In this document: positions 48,445-57,831 of the stretch, one piece after another | Position numbering within the stretch: the first letter of the stretch is position 1 | Layout of the letters: each line of letters begins with the position of its first letter | DNA from: Kiloniellaceae bacterium | Lineage (GTDB): Bacteria; Pseudomonadota; Alphaproteobacteria; Kiloniellales; Kiloniellaceae | Assembly (NCBI GenBank): GCA_040217155.1 | Contig: JAVJNS010000026.1 | Coordinates: forward strand, 94,366-158,365 | Reading direction: 5' to 3' | DNA: 64,000 nucleotides | Program-made: the position numbers and the translations under genes | The notes under the pieces: generated by a model | Databases searched by the model: none | Told to the model about the DNA's origin: nothing | Seen by the model: only the letters and a program-made list of their open reading frames with translations

Positions 48445-50477
48445 GGCTTACGGAGTATCCCTTGAAACTTGTCGCCCTGCCGAACGATGATGGGCGTTTC
48501 TCCAATGCTATCGCAGAACTCGCGAAAGCCGAAGTTGTCGTTGATGTCATCGGAGAACAAGATGCCATCTTGGCGCAATGCCTCCCATAACAGGGGGTAG
48601 GCAAAGGCACGTCCTTCTGGCGACTTGTCGGAGTCGTAGTGGGCGAGGTCGATGGTTCCGAGCGCTTTCAGGGCCCTCGGGAGCCCTTCCCGGTCCGCCG
48701 TGCGGTGCAGGGTCCAACAGGAATGAAATGCCTCGGGCACGGCGATACCGACCCAGGGATCGTTCTGGTACTTAAGATAGGGAAGGTCGATGCTGTGCAG
48801 TGAAGCGCCCTTGCGGCGGGTGATCGAAAGCAGGATCGCCAGGCTCGACCATCCGTTGGCAACGCCTGTTTCGATCACGCGGGTCGCCTGCAGCGCTTCG
48901 CAGAGTGTATAGATCAGGTTCATGTTGCTGGCGCCGCCGAGCCGGAATGGGACCGTTTCGACCCGTGCCGTGGCTTCGGCCAGTTGCTCCGGAAAGCGCT
49001 GTTGTAGATCGATCAGACTGGTCTCTAGGCGGAGCTCGTGCAGGATTTCGGCAGGGGATTGTGCACGTTCAGCGCACCATGCGGTTGCCTCAACCATCAG
49101 CCGCCGGGCCCGTTCCGCTGTCTCGTCCTTGCCAACGATCCGGTCCTTGATACGCTTTGCGAGCCAGCGCAGGAGGTCTGGCCAGATCCTGGGCCGAATG
49201 AGGTAGTGGCCCATTTGGCGCGAGAGAAGATAAATACGGTTGCGGATCTGCGATCGGGCAGCTGCCGCCGATGCGATGATCCGCTTATCGCACGCAGGCC
49301 GGCTTGAGGGCCTCTCCGGCAGCGCCAGCGCGGCCTTCCATTGGCGAAGTGCCTGCTCCGGCAGGTAAGCCGCAACACCATCGATTGCTGCTGCGCCCAT
49401 CCGTCCGCGCTCCTTCGGATTGCCGGCCAAGAGACGCAGAGCCGCGGTCATCTCGGACACACTTTCGGTGGTGACGACGAGGCCGTTCTTACCGTGATCG
49501 ATAAGGTCCAGCGGCCCGGGCGAAGCGTCGCTGACGATACAGGGCAGGCCGCAAGACATGGCTTCCAGTAGGGCATTGGGCGTGCCCTCGTAACGCGACG
49601 GCAGGGCGAAGATACTGGCGGCGCGATAGAATACGAATGGATCGGCGACATGACCGTGCCACTCGATTCGCGTGTCGACCTTAAGATCCTTCGCCAGTTG
49701 GTGCAGCCGCTGCTTCTCGGGGCCATCACCCAAGAATGCGATCCGCCACTCGGCCAGTTCCGCGCCGGCTTCGGCAAGAGCCCTGATGAGCACGTCGAAA
49801 CCCTTCTGGCGAACGATCCTGCCGACGGCGAGGATCGTCGGCGCCGCCAGCGTCTCTGCCTTTTGGGCGGGGGGAATAGCGAGAATGTTGGGCAGGAAGA
49901 CGAGCCGGTCGTTCTTGACATGCCGTGCCAGCACCCCGCGGGTGCCTCTGCTGTTGAAGGTGACGAGATCGGCGGTCCGGTAGAGCAGCCAACTCAAGAG
50001 GGTCCAATGCAGCCCGAGTGGCTGGCGCTGAGGGTCATTGCGCTCGCAGATCACGATGCGCTGCCGTTTCAGTCCGAGGCACGCCGAGAGAACCTTCACG
50101 TTGGTCGGTCGAATGAAGCTCACGACGGTGGGGGCGCCTATCTCCCTGATGCGCTTGCGCAGCAGCGGCAGCCAGCGTCCCAGGCTGTAGAGACCGGCCA
50201 GATGCGCGAAGGTCTGGCGTGGTGGATCGTAAATGAGGTATTCGATCTCAACGGCAGGATCCAGTTCCAGCGCATTGTTGCTCCACCGCTTCGACAGCAG
50301 AACGCGGACATGAAATCCCTGTTGGGAAAGCGCATTTGCCAGATTGCAGATGACACGCTGCGTCCCGCCGTGACCGAGATGGCTGACGACAAGCAGCACA
50401 TCCGGTGTCGGCGCCGCCTCCCCCGGCGAGGGCGCCGCCGTCGGGCGGGAATCTTGCTGGGTAGACCCTAATGTCAC
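48441..50477 (-). CDS. Fusion of a GT4 glycosyltransferase and a C-terminal class I SAM methyltransferase
   Basis: N-terminal: GHGGTQRV, CERNDP, VGRIVRQKGF, SRYEGTPNALLEAM. C-terminal: IETGVANGWSS, SIDLP, HYDSDK, SDDI. One reading frame; start moved to GTG 50477. Confidence 0.85.
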   Translation of the reverse strand: MTLGSTQQDSRPTAAPSPGEAAPTPDVLLVVSHLGHGGTQRVICNLANALSQQGFHVRVLLSKRWSNNALELDPAVEIEYLIYDPPRQTFAHLAGLYSLGRWLPLLRKRIREIGAPTVVSFIRPTNVKVLSACLGLKRQRIVICERNDPQRQPLGLHWTLLSWLLYRTADLVTFNSRGTRGVLARHVKNDRLVFLPNILAIPPAQKAETLAAPTILAVGRIVRQKGFDVLIRALAEAGAELAEWRIAFLGDGPEKQRLHQLAKDLKVDTRIEWHGHVADPFVFYRAASIFALPSRYEGTPNALLEAMSCGLPCIVSDASPGPLDLIDHGKNGLVVTTESVSEMTAALRLLAGNPKERGRMGAAAIDGVAAYLPEQALRQWKAALALPERPSSRPACDKRIIASAAAARSQIRNRIYLLSRQMGHYLIRPRIWPDLLRWLAKRIKDRIVGKDETAERARRLMVEATAWCAERAQSPAEILHELRLETSLIDLQQRFPEQLAEATARVETVPFRLGGASNMNLIYTLCEALQATRVIETGVANGWSSLAILLSITRRKGASLHSIDLPYLKYQNDPWVGIAVPEAFHSCWTLHRTADREGLPRALKALGTIDLAHYDSDKSPEGRAFAYPLLWEALRQDGILFSDDINDNFGFREFCDSIGETPIIVRQGDKFQGILRKP

Positions 50478-50500
50478 GAAAGTATCGTCCACCTGATCCG

Positions 50501-51388
50501 CTATTTGTAGACAGCCATGGAAATGCCGGGCACGAGATAGCGCAGGCGCCCTTTGCGCTGCGCCAGCGGCAGGTGCTGAAACAGCAGCTCGGTAGTCCTG
50601 AAGGCCGCAATTGGCACGCGGATCAACTGGTCGCGGCCAAACCAATAGGCCGCGATGGAACGGTAGCCGATGCCCTCCAGGAGGGACGCCAGTTCGCCGT
50701 ACGTCCATTCTTTCAAGTGAAACCCCTCCGCCTCCGTGGAAAAGTATCGCGACACGTCGTGCGGGCCGGTCAGCCGGTGAGGCGTTCTGAAAGTATAAAC
50801 GCCGCCCGGCTTCAGCACCCGGTGTACGACACGGAAGTGATGCTCCGTGTCCTCCGGGTGCAGATGTTCGATCAATTGGTCGCTGAACGCGGTATCGACG
50901 GAGTCCCCCGGCAGATTCAAATCGTAGCCGTTGTAGACGACAAGCTCGAAGTTGTCTGGCCGCGAGACGTCGGGGCCAATCTGGTCGGCGATGTCGACGG
51001 CGTAGACCTTGCGCGCAATCTTCGCGAGTTCGAACGAGAACCGGCAGTCGCCGGCGCCGAACTCCAGGACGCTGCCATCGGGCCGGACGAAGGGCTCGAT
51101 CAAGCGCATCTTGCGGCGATTCATGCTCGCGGTTGCCCGAGCGTCGGCACGGCGCGTCAGGCGCGGGTGGTCCGGCACCTGGGCAAAGAGCTCGTCATAC
51201 ATGGTGCTGTAGATATCTTTGCGGGTTTCACGGTCCGCCGCCATCAGCCGCTTGGCGATAGCGCTCTCGACCTCGAAGTGATGCAGCACGCTATCGTAGG
51301 TCCGGTTTTCCGGAATTGGCTGTATGATTTTCGGATTATTTCGGGCCATGATCTCCACCCCAATACCTTTGCTCTCCAGATTATCCAT
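50501..51388 (-). CDS. Class I SAM-dependent methyltransferase
   Basis: VLEFGAGDC, YAVDI, FSDQLIEHL, RVLKPGG.Y...TP. Confidence 0.9.
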   Translation of the reverse strand: MDNLESKGIGVEIMARNNPKIIQPIPENRTYDSVLHHFEVESAIAKRLMAADRETRKDIYSTMYDELFAQVPDHPRLTRRADARATASMNRRKMRLIEPFVRPDGSVLEFGAGDCRFSFELAKIARKVYAVDIADQIGPDVSRPDNFELVVYNGYDLNLPGDSVDTAFSDQLIEHLHPEDTEHHFRVVHRVLKPGGVYTFRTPHRLTGPHDVSRYFSTEAEGFHLKEWTYGELASLLEGIGYRSIAAYWFGRDQLIRVPIAAFRTTELLFQHLPLAQRKGRLRYLVPGISMAVYK

Positions 51389-52607
51389 GTCCCCGGCTAC
51401 CAGCTGCTTCGCCGACGGTCGTTGTCACTGTGTCGGTAGAAATGCGCAGAAGGCGGGCGAGTCGCTCCGCGAACTCTTCGTCAATCTTTAGAGCACCATA
51501 CCGCTCGCTTGCGATCTTCGAAATTCGCTTGCTGGAGTCGTCATCAGCCAATTCTTCAAGCGTCGCCCGGACGCTGTTGGCGAATTCATCTGGTGTCAGG
51601 TTGCTGGCGAAGCCGTTGACCCTTTCCGCAATATGATCATTCAGGTCCAGCGACCGGTTGACGACTACGGGCAGGCCGCAAACCAGCGCTTCCAGGAGTA
51701 CATTGGGCATCCCTTCGTGCGTGGAAGGAATCCAGCAACAATCGGAGGCATGATAGGCTTGTTGCGCGTCGTCAATGTGGCAGGGTTGGAAGACCACTCG
51801 CTGTTCAACACGAAGGTCTGAGATCTTCTTGAAAACGGCGGCGACGTATTTCTGATCGCCCCGTAGCGCCGGCCCAAGCAGCAGCAATCGGTGTTCATCG
51901 GGTAGTTTTGCCAGTGCGTCAAGGGCGAAGAGCTGGTTTTTGCGGGCGCAGATTCGCCCAAGCAGCAAATGGACAGGTCCGTCGCCCTCCAGTCCGTAGT
52001 TCTGCCGGGCCCGTCTGCGCTGGTCTTGGTTTGGTCGGCTGAAGACCGCCGTGTCGACGGGGTTAGGCCGTTCCCAAATGCGTTGAGGGGCAACGCCTGC
52101 GTCGATGAGACGAGCCTTGAGGCCGGCGTTCAGCGCGACGACCAATTTGGAGCGGCGGAACGTGAGGCGGCGAATTGTCGCGACAGGTCGCGGGCTGAGG
52201 CTGATAGGTTGATTTACCGTCAGTTCGCGGACGACTGGAATATTCAGCAGTAGTGCCCAGCTTGCGGCGGCGGTTGCTATTCCTGATTGTCCGAGAGCAT
52301 GCACAATGTCGAAGCGTCGCGATCCCTTGCCGAGGAACAGCCGACCGATATCGAGGAACTGCGCGATGAAACCAGTATCGGCGCCGGTCTGGAAGATCGG
52401 CACACCCTCGAATTCAGTGCAGTCCGCCATATCGCCACGGCCACTGACAGTAGCTGCCTGCAGATCGAGCGGCAGGCGTTGGCGCAGGCGCTGATAGGTG
52501 CGGTGCACGCGCAACCCCGCACCGCCGTAGCCTGGCGGGTAGTTGCCGACAGCGATCAGGACACGTTTTGCGAGAAGACTATCAGACTGTGGCACGACGC
52601 GTCTCAT
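51381..52607 (-). CDS. GT4 glycosyltransferase
   Basis: GGAGLR, PNPVD, GRICARKNQ, STHEGMPNVLLEAL..GLPV. Start uncertain (track 52676). Confidence 0.88.
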   Translation of the reverse strand: MRRVVPQSDSLLAKRVLIAVGNYPPGYGGAGLRVHRTYQRLRQRLPLDLQAATVSGRGDMADCTEFEGVPIFQTGADTGFIAQFLDIGRLFLGKGSRRFDIVHALGQSGIATAAASWALLLNIPVVRELTVNQPISLSPRPVATIRRLTFRRSKLVVALNAGLKARLIDAGVAPQRIWERPNPVDTAVFSRPNQDQRRRARQNYGLEGDGPVHLLLGRICARKNQLFALDALAKLPDEHRLLLLGPALRGDQKYVAAVFKKISDLRVEQRVVFQPCHIDDAQQAYHASDCCWIPSTHEGMPNVLLEALVCGLPVVVNRSLDLNDHIAERVNGFASNLTPDEFANSVRATLEELADDDSSKRISKIASERYGALKIDEEFAERLARLLRISTDTVTTTVGEAAGSRGHG

Positions 52608-52608
52608 T

Positions 52609-53604
52609 TCAACTGTTTGCAGAAGGCGGCGCCAGTTCGCGCGGTCGGATACTGGCTTCATAGATCGGATCGCCAAGGTGTGTGGCGAGAAGCTTGTGTG
52701 CTTTTATGGCCGTCATTGCCTCTGGTGGTGGGGATAGAAACGACCCTTCACAGGTCATGATCTGATAGACTTGTGCTGCTGCGATCGGCTGCTCGCCCTG
52801 AATACGACCATTGATCCCCAACAGTAGGGAGCCTTTGCCCTCGAAGCGTTCGCGGCGTTTGCCCTTGTGCGAATGACCGATCAGCATCTCTTCGGGTGAC
52901 CCGGCCAGACCGCGCAAGACATAGCCCTTCTCCCCGCTCAGATAGGCCGGATCGAAGGGACCATTGGCCGTCATCACTGCACCACCGCTTTGCGATCCTG
53001 CCGGACCAAACGTGTCGCAGAAGAAAATACCCTCCGACGAAAGGTAGATGTCGTGAATGCCGACGTTGGGATAGGCAAATCCGGTGATCTTGTGGCCGTC
53101 GATGTAACCTAGCATGGACTGCTCGCCGGCCCGATAGGCGCTGAAGAATACCGTGCCGTCATACTCCGAGACGCCGTTGACGTGATTGACGTCGTGCAAC
53201 AGGTCATAGCCGAATTGATCTGAGAAAAGCGGAATCTCGAGTCGCTCGCTAAGGGTGGCGCGATCCAGCCGAATAAGACTATTGCGGCCTGTGTTGGCGA
53301 CCCAAAGGTGGGTCTTGCCGAGCCAGAGCGCATGCATGCGTTGGTTTGAGCTCTGCAGCGGCACCGAGTAGATCTCTTCCAGATCGGCAGCGCCGTCCTG
53401 GCCGAGAAAAGGACCGATGCGGCCCCGCACCAGGGTCGAACGCGACCCCAGGAACAGCGCCAGGTAGAGATAATCCTTGTCAGCGGAGATGCCGTAGGCC
53501 GGAAGGTCCAAGACCTTGTATATGCCGGACTTCTCGATGCGAAAGACGCCACGCTCGGTCGTGATGAAGTAGCGCCCGTCCAATGGCAGCTTGCAGTCGT
53601 CCAC
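52609..53604 (-). CDS. Hypothetical protein, probable beta-propeller
   Basis: Repeated short beta-strand blades (HALWL..HLWVANTG, HVNGV, IHDI...FFCDT). Start uncertain: GTG 53604, ATG 53748 or 53850. Confidence 0.55.
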   Translation of the reverse strand: MDDCKLPLDGRYFITTERGVFRIEKSGIYKVLDLPAYGISADKDYLYLALFLGSRSTLVRGRIGPFLGQDGAADLEEIYSVPLQSSNQRMHALWLGKTHLWVANTGRNSLIRLDRATLSERLEIPLFSDQFGYDLLHDVNHVNGVSEYDGTVFFSAYRAGEQSMLGYIDGHKITGFAYPNVGIHDIYLSSEGIFFCDTFGPAGSQSGGAVMTANGPFDPAYLSGEKGYVLRGLAGSPEEMLIGHSHKGKRRERFEGKGSLLLGINGRIQGEQPIAAAQVYQIMTCEGSFLSPPPEAMTAIKAHKLLATHLGDPIYEASIRPRELAPPSANS

Positions 53605-53728
53605 TCTTTTCTGTGAGACATGAGCCCGCTCGATCCGGTGGCTGAACCAAGTGCTCTTGAAGGTAATCGCTGCGGCTTTTGAGGCAGCGGCAAGAGAATG
53701 CAGCGGGGACAAAGTCTGAGATTCCCGT

Positions 53729-54610
53729 CTAACTTCTGGACATTTCATCGTGCCGCGGCGCGCCGGCGACGATGCGAACAGCAGAGCGGTGTACGCCGTA
53801 TTCCGAACCTCCAGCAAGACGTCGTCGCAGTTTTTCGACAACGCCCGCAACTAAACCGCGGTAGCGCAGGGATCCAACGGTCGAAGCGAATAGGATCGGC
53901 AAGCCGCAGGCCTTGAAGAGGCTGGTAAACGACTCTTGGCTGAAGAAGAGTAGGTGAGGCTCGTGGCTGTGACCGGCGATATCGGGATAAGCGGCAAAGT
54001 CAGAATTCGGTACTTCTGCCACCACAATGCCGCGGGGTGCCAGCAATTTCCGAACGCTGTGCAGAAGTTCCATGATCTCGAAGGCTTGGTAATGTTCGAG
54101 GACGTGTGATGCGATGATCAGGTTGTAGCTATTCTGTGCCGCTTGCTCGATACCGGGGACAACCTCCGCGCCGACAGTATGCAGGTATGGCGCCATGGAA
54201 AGATCGGGCTCAATGGCCGTGAGTTCGGCCTCAGGCCAGAACTCTGCGCGGGCTAAATGAAGGGTTGTGCCAAACCCCGCACCGAGATCAAGGATGCGCC
54301 GCGGCGTGCAGCTGAGGTGCGATGCTGCAAGGCGCAATTGAGAGCGCGAACGCTGAGGTTTGAACATATGCGCCGGGTCGGCAAAATAGGCCGCCGGTGC
54401 AGGCCGCTGGTGGCGTTTGGCAAGCTTTGCATAATCCTGCTCATAGTAAAGATGCAAGCGTTGCGCGTCGATTTGGCTCAGCACCGCACCGAGACCGCAT
54501 TTCGGGCAAAGACCGATTTTCAGATCCGAGAAAAGTTCGCTGACTGGCATCGGATAGTCGATCACCCTGGCGAACTCGCTACTGCAGGATATGCAAGTCG
54601 AGGCGGTCAT
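53729..54610 (-). CDS. Class I SAM-dependent methyltransferase with N-terminal Cys4 (Zn-ribbon-like) segment
   Basis: CISC...CPKC, ILDLGAGFG, IEP, SHVLEH, EVPN, HLLFF. Confidence 0.85.
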   Translation of the reverse strand: MTASTCISCSSEFARVIDYPMPVSELFSDLKIGLCPKCGLGAVLSQIDAQRLHLYYEQDYAKLAKRHQRPAPAAYFADPAHMFKPQRSRSQLRLAASHLSCTPRRILDLGAGFGTTLHLARAEFWPEAELTAIEPDLSMAPYLHTVGAEVVPGIEQAAQNSYNLIIASHVLEHYQAFEIMELLHSVRKLLAPRGIVVAEVPNSDFAAYPDIAGHSHEPHLLFFSQESFTSLFKACGLPILFASTVGSLRYRGLVAGVVEKLRRRLAGGSEYGVHRSAVRIVAGAPRHDEMSRS

Positions 54611-54639
54611 CTGCGAAAATGGTCCACTGCAGTTCTCGT

Positions 54640-56400
54640 TTACTCGGCGCTGGCCGGGGTAGTTAAAAGCCGGCGATTCGGATGCGTCGGCTGCCTCACG
54701 GCACTGCCACTTTCGACCAGATAGACATTATCGGCGACGCGCTGCAGTGCTGGCTGGTGGGAGATTGCAAGGATGGTGACCTCTCCGCGCAGGCGCACCA
54801 GCATGTCGCATATTTCCGCCTCGGTGCTGGGATCGAGGGCAGTGGTGGCTTCATCGAGAATGAGCAATTTGGGGTTCCGCGCCAGTGCCCTGGCAAGCGC
54901 GATGCGTTGCTTCTGGCCGCCGGAAAGTCGAGTGCCGCGTTCTCCCACCATGCTGTGGATGCCCTCGGTCATGCCGGAAACAAAGGCCCAGACACCAGCC
55001 CTGACCAAAGCATCCTTTGCATGGGCCTCGGTAATGTCGGGTGCGCGCAGGGTGACATTGTTCAGGACCGTATCGTGAAACAGAACACTGTCTTGCGGGA
55101 CATAGCCTATGATGCTGCGCCAGCGGTGCTGGTCTATCTCCGACAGGGGTACCCCGTCGACCAGAACGCGCCCTCTGGTTGGTCGCTGCAGCCCGGTGAT
55201 GACATCGGCGATCGTGGTCTTGCCACTACCCGAGGGGCCGATGATGGCAGTGAAACTGCCGAAGGGGATGTCCAGCGACAGATCACGCAGTACCGCTGTC
55301 TTACCGTAGGAGAAACTCACCTCATCCAGTCGGATGCCCTGCCCGAGTATTGCAGGACGGGTGCCGTCGTTCCGATCAGCCGAATTGTTGGCTTGGGCCA
55401 ATACTGAGCGCACGAACCAAAAGGCGGGAAGCGAGCCGGCGATTGTCTGGAACATCCCTTGCATGGCGGCGACCCGACCGACAATCCGCAGGAAGAGGAA
55501 GGCCATGACGATCAGCGTTTCCAGATCGGTCTGCCAGAGCGTGAGAATGAGGAAGAGTCCCGTGGCCAGGGCCGCTGCGGTTATCGGTTCGCGATATATC
55601 TGCAGTTGTTCGCGCGCCATGACCATCTGGCGCTGTGCCTTGGCCAGTTCCTCGATATCACCGGACAGCATCTGCGAGAGCTGGTGTTCCTGGGCCATCG
55701 CTTTGATTGGCTTCATCGCGTGCAGACCGTCCAGCAGGTTCGATAAAAGCGACTTGGTCAACATAGTCTGGCGGCGCCCAGTCCTGCCTGTGACGACAAC
55801 AAAGCGGTGCAGCAGGACGGCAGACCCAACGCCGACAAGAATTGCAGCGAGGCTGACCTGGAGCGATATCGCAAAGGACAGAGCAAGGTAGACCAGGATC
55901 TGAATCGAGCCAGTCAATGCACGGGCGGTCTGGAGGTAGGTCGTCGAAGCGCGATTGGGTTCCGTGGTGAGGCTGGCCGAGAGCGAACCGGCGCGCTGTC
56001 TGACGAAGAATGACCAGCGGGCGTCCATGAAGCGCGCCAGGAGGTCCATACGCAGGCGCATGGTGACCAGGGAGGCCGTATAGCTGATCTGCTTGGCGAC
56101 GAGCAGCAAAGCGAACGACTTTGCCGTAATCAACACGACCACCATGAGCAGAAGCGACCCGACCGTTGGCTGCAACCCGACACTGTCGAATATGTTGACG
56201 ATGCCACGGGCGAGCGAGGTATTGGGAGGCTTTGCTTCGTCGACGACAAGGTTGAGCAGTGGCAGCAGCACCGCGATGCCGATACCCTCCAGCAAACTGG
56301 CGACGACCATGGAGGCAAGCATAAAGCTTCCGCGCAATGGCTCTGCGCGGAAGAAATAGCTGAAAACCGTTATGGTTCGGCGAATGGGTTTAGGTATCAC
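54640..56400 (-). CDS. ABC transporter fused permease/ATPase (MsbA/PglK-like glycan flippase)
   Basis: N-terminal TM helices, GPSGSGKT, YVPQD, LSGGQKQR, LILDEATTALD, ISH. Confidence 0.9.
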   Translation of the reverse strand: MIPKPIRRTITVFSYFFRAEPLRGSFMLASMVVASLLEGIGIAVLLPLLNLVVDEAKPPNTSLARGIVNIFDSVGLQPTVGSLLLMVVVLITAKSFALLLVAKQISYTASLVTMRLRMDLLARFMDARWSFFVRQRAGSLSASLTTEPNRASTTYLQTARALTGSIQILVYLALSFAISLQVSLAAILVGVGSAVLLHRFVVVTGRTGRRQTMLTKSLLSNLLDGLHAMKPIKAMAQEHQLSQMLSGDIEELAKAQRQMVMAREQLQIYREPITAAALATGLFLILTLWQTDLETLIVMAFLFLRIVGRVAAMQGMFQTIAGSLPAFWFVRSVLAQANNSADRNDGTRPAILGQGIRLDEVSFSYGKTAVLRDLSLDIPFGSFTAIIGPSGSGKTTIADVITGLQRPTRGRVLVDGVPLSEIDQHRWRSIIGYVPQDSVLFHDTVLNNVTLRAPDITEAHAKDALVRAGVWAFVSGMTEGIHSMVGERGTRLSGGQKQRIALARALARNPKLLILDEATTALDPSTEAEICDMLVRLRGEVTILAISHQPALQRVADNVYLVESGSAVRQPTHPNRRLLTTPASAE

Positions 56401-56447
56401 GCTCGATAAATCCAGGCTGCATGTTTGTTCGAATTGGATGCCGGGGC

Positions 56448-57818
56448 TTAAAGTGTCGCTGTGGCATGTTGTTCGTTTGTGGCTTCCTTAGCTGGCGCGG
56501 AGAGACCGGCTAAGTCTTCCAAGAGAGTGGAGTATCTTTCCGCAATCGATTGCTCTTGTTCATCGCCTACAAGGGCAGCCAGGCAAGCCGCGGCCTCGTC
56601 TTCGCTGAAGGTCTCAGACCTCGTCTCAAGGAAGGAGTCCAAGCGTACCTTGAGGTCCAACGGACTTTCGACGCGCCAATTGCTGACATAAGTCTCGAAA
56701 TCGAAATCCAGGCGAATCAGATAAGCTAGGTGCAGAGCAGGCTTGCGCAGCCGCAGCGCGTCGTAGATCACCGACGATCCCCAGAAAACCACCAAATCGG
56801 CCCACTGGATCAGACTACATGTGGGAGTATCCGGTCCGGCGAGGCGTAGAAAGTCGCTCTCCCGCGCACTCGGCAGTCCGCTGATCTCGGTGCGTGGATG
56901 GGGCTTCAGCACTACGGCCGCGCGTCCGGCGCGGGTCAGTTCAGCCACCACGTCATTGACGCCGGGCCAGTCTACATAGGGTCCATGCTTGGAGAGAATG
57001 AAGGCGATCTTTGGCTTCTCGGTTACCCAGTCGTACTTGGGGGCTATACGATCGAGCGTTTGCCCCCACTCGGTACCGAAACGGGCGGAGCCGAGGACCG
57101 CTACCATTTCGCGAGGCGTACCGTCGGAGGTCAACCGAGCGACCGAGAGTTCGTTGGGCACTGCCAGCACGTCGAAAAAATCAGCCCAGCTCTTGTCGGG
57201 TGTCGGCGACTTGCCGGTGGCCGGATCGCGAAGCAGGGAAGCGACATGTGGTACAGAGTGCGGCAGTGCCGCCATTGCGAAACCGTGCTTACGGACGGCC
57301 GTGCTGACCGCCTGAGTCAGCGTGTTCATCGTGTGATCGAATACCACCAGTCCACGGTCGTGTTTCAGGATCTCCGATATCAGTGCAGAAGAGGCGATTT
57401 CGTTTCGGGTGTTCTTACTGAGGTAAGTCTGCAGTCTTTGAAGTGGTCTGCGAGTCGCGCCCTGCGGCAATACCCCGACATAGCGACGCTGCAGGTAAAG
57501 AATGAACGCGAAGGCCCGCCGAACCAAGCTCAAGCGCAATCGCCGCGCCACCGGAATTTCCGGCAGGTCGAGAACGTGCTCCGGAGAGATGCCGTATGTG
57601 TCCTTCAGGTAGCGAAAGCGGTAGTCGTCTTGATAGGTCTTGATCGGGTCGTAGATGACCACCCGAATGGCATGCTGGCCGCGCCTTGCCAGGGCGTCGA
57701 CAACCGGCACCAAATGATCGGCATCACTATCGGCACGCACGCAAAAAAACACGACGGAGCTGCCGGTTGCGTCTACCGTTGTGCCGGTCTTGCCGAATTC
57801 TTTGCTCATGCCTTGCAC
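56448..57818 (-). CDS. Hypothetical GT-B-like protein, candidate nonulosonate/Kdo-type transferase
   Basis: VVLKPHP, WADLVVFWGSSVIYDAL..RKP pattern; located between the CMP-synthetase/pyruvyltransferase genes and the flippase. Confidence 0.45.
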   Translation of the reverse strand: MQGMSKEFGKTGTTVDATGSSVVFFCVRADSDADHLVPVVDALARRGQHAIRVVIYDPIKTYQDDYRFRYLKDTYGISPEHVLDLPEIPVARRLRLSLVRRAFAFILYLQRRYVGVLPQGATRRPLQRLQTYLSKNTRNEIASSALISEILKHDRGLVVFDHTMNTLTQAVSTAVRKHGFAMAALPHSVPHVASLLRDPATGKSPTPDKSWADFFDVLAVPNELSVARLTSDGTPREMVAVLGSARFGTEWGQTLDRIAPKYDWVTEKPKIAFILSKHGPYVDWPGVNDVVAELTRAGRAAVVLKPHPRTEISGLPSARESDFLRLAGPDTPTCSLIQWADLVVFWGSSVIYDALRLRKPALHLAYLIRLDFDFETYVSNWRVESPLDLKVRLDSFLETRSETFSEDEAAACLAALVGDEQEQSIAERYSTLLEDLAGLSAPAKEATNEQHATATL

Positions 57819-57831
57819 GAATTGTCTCAGT

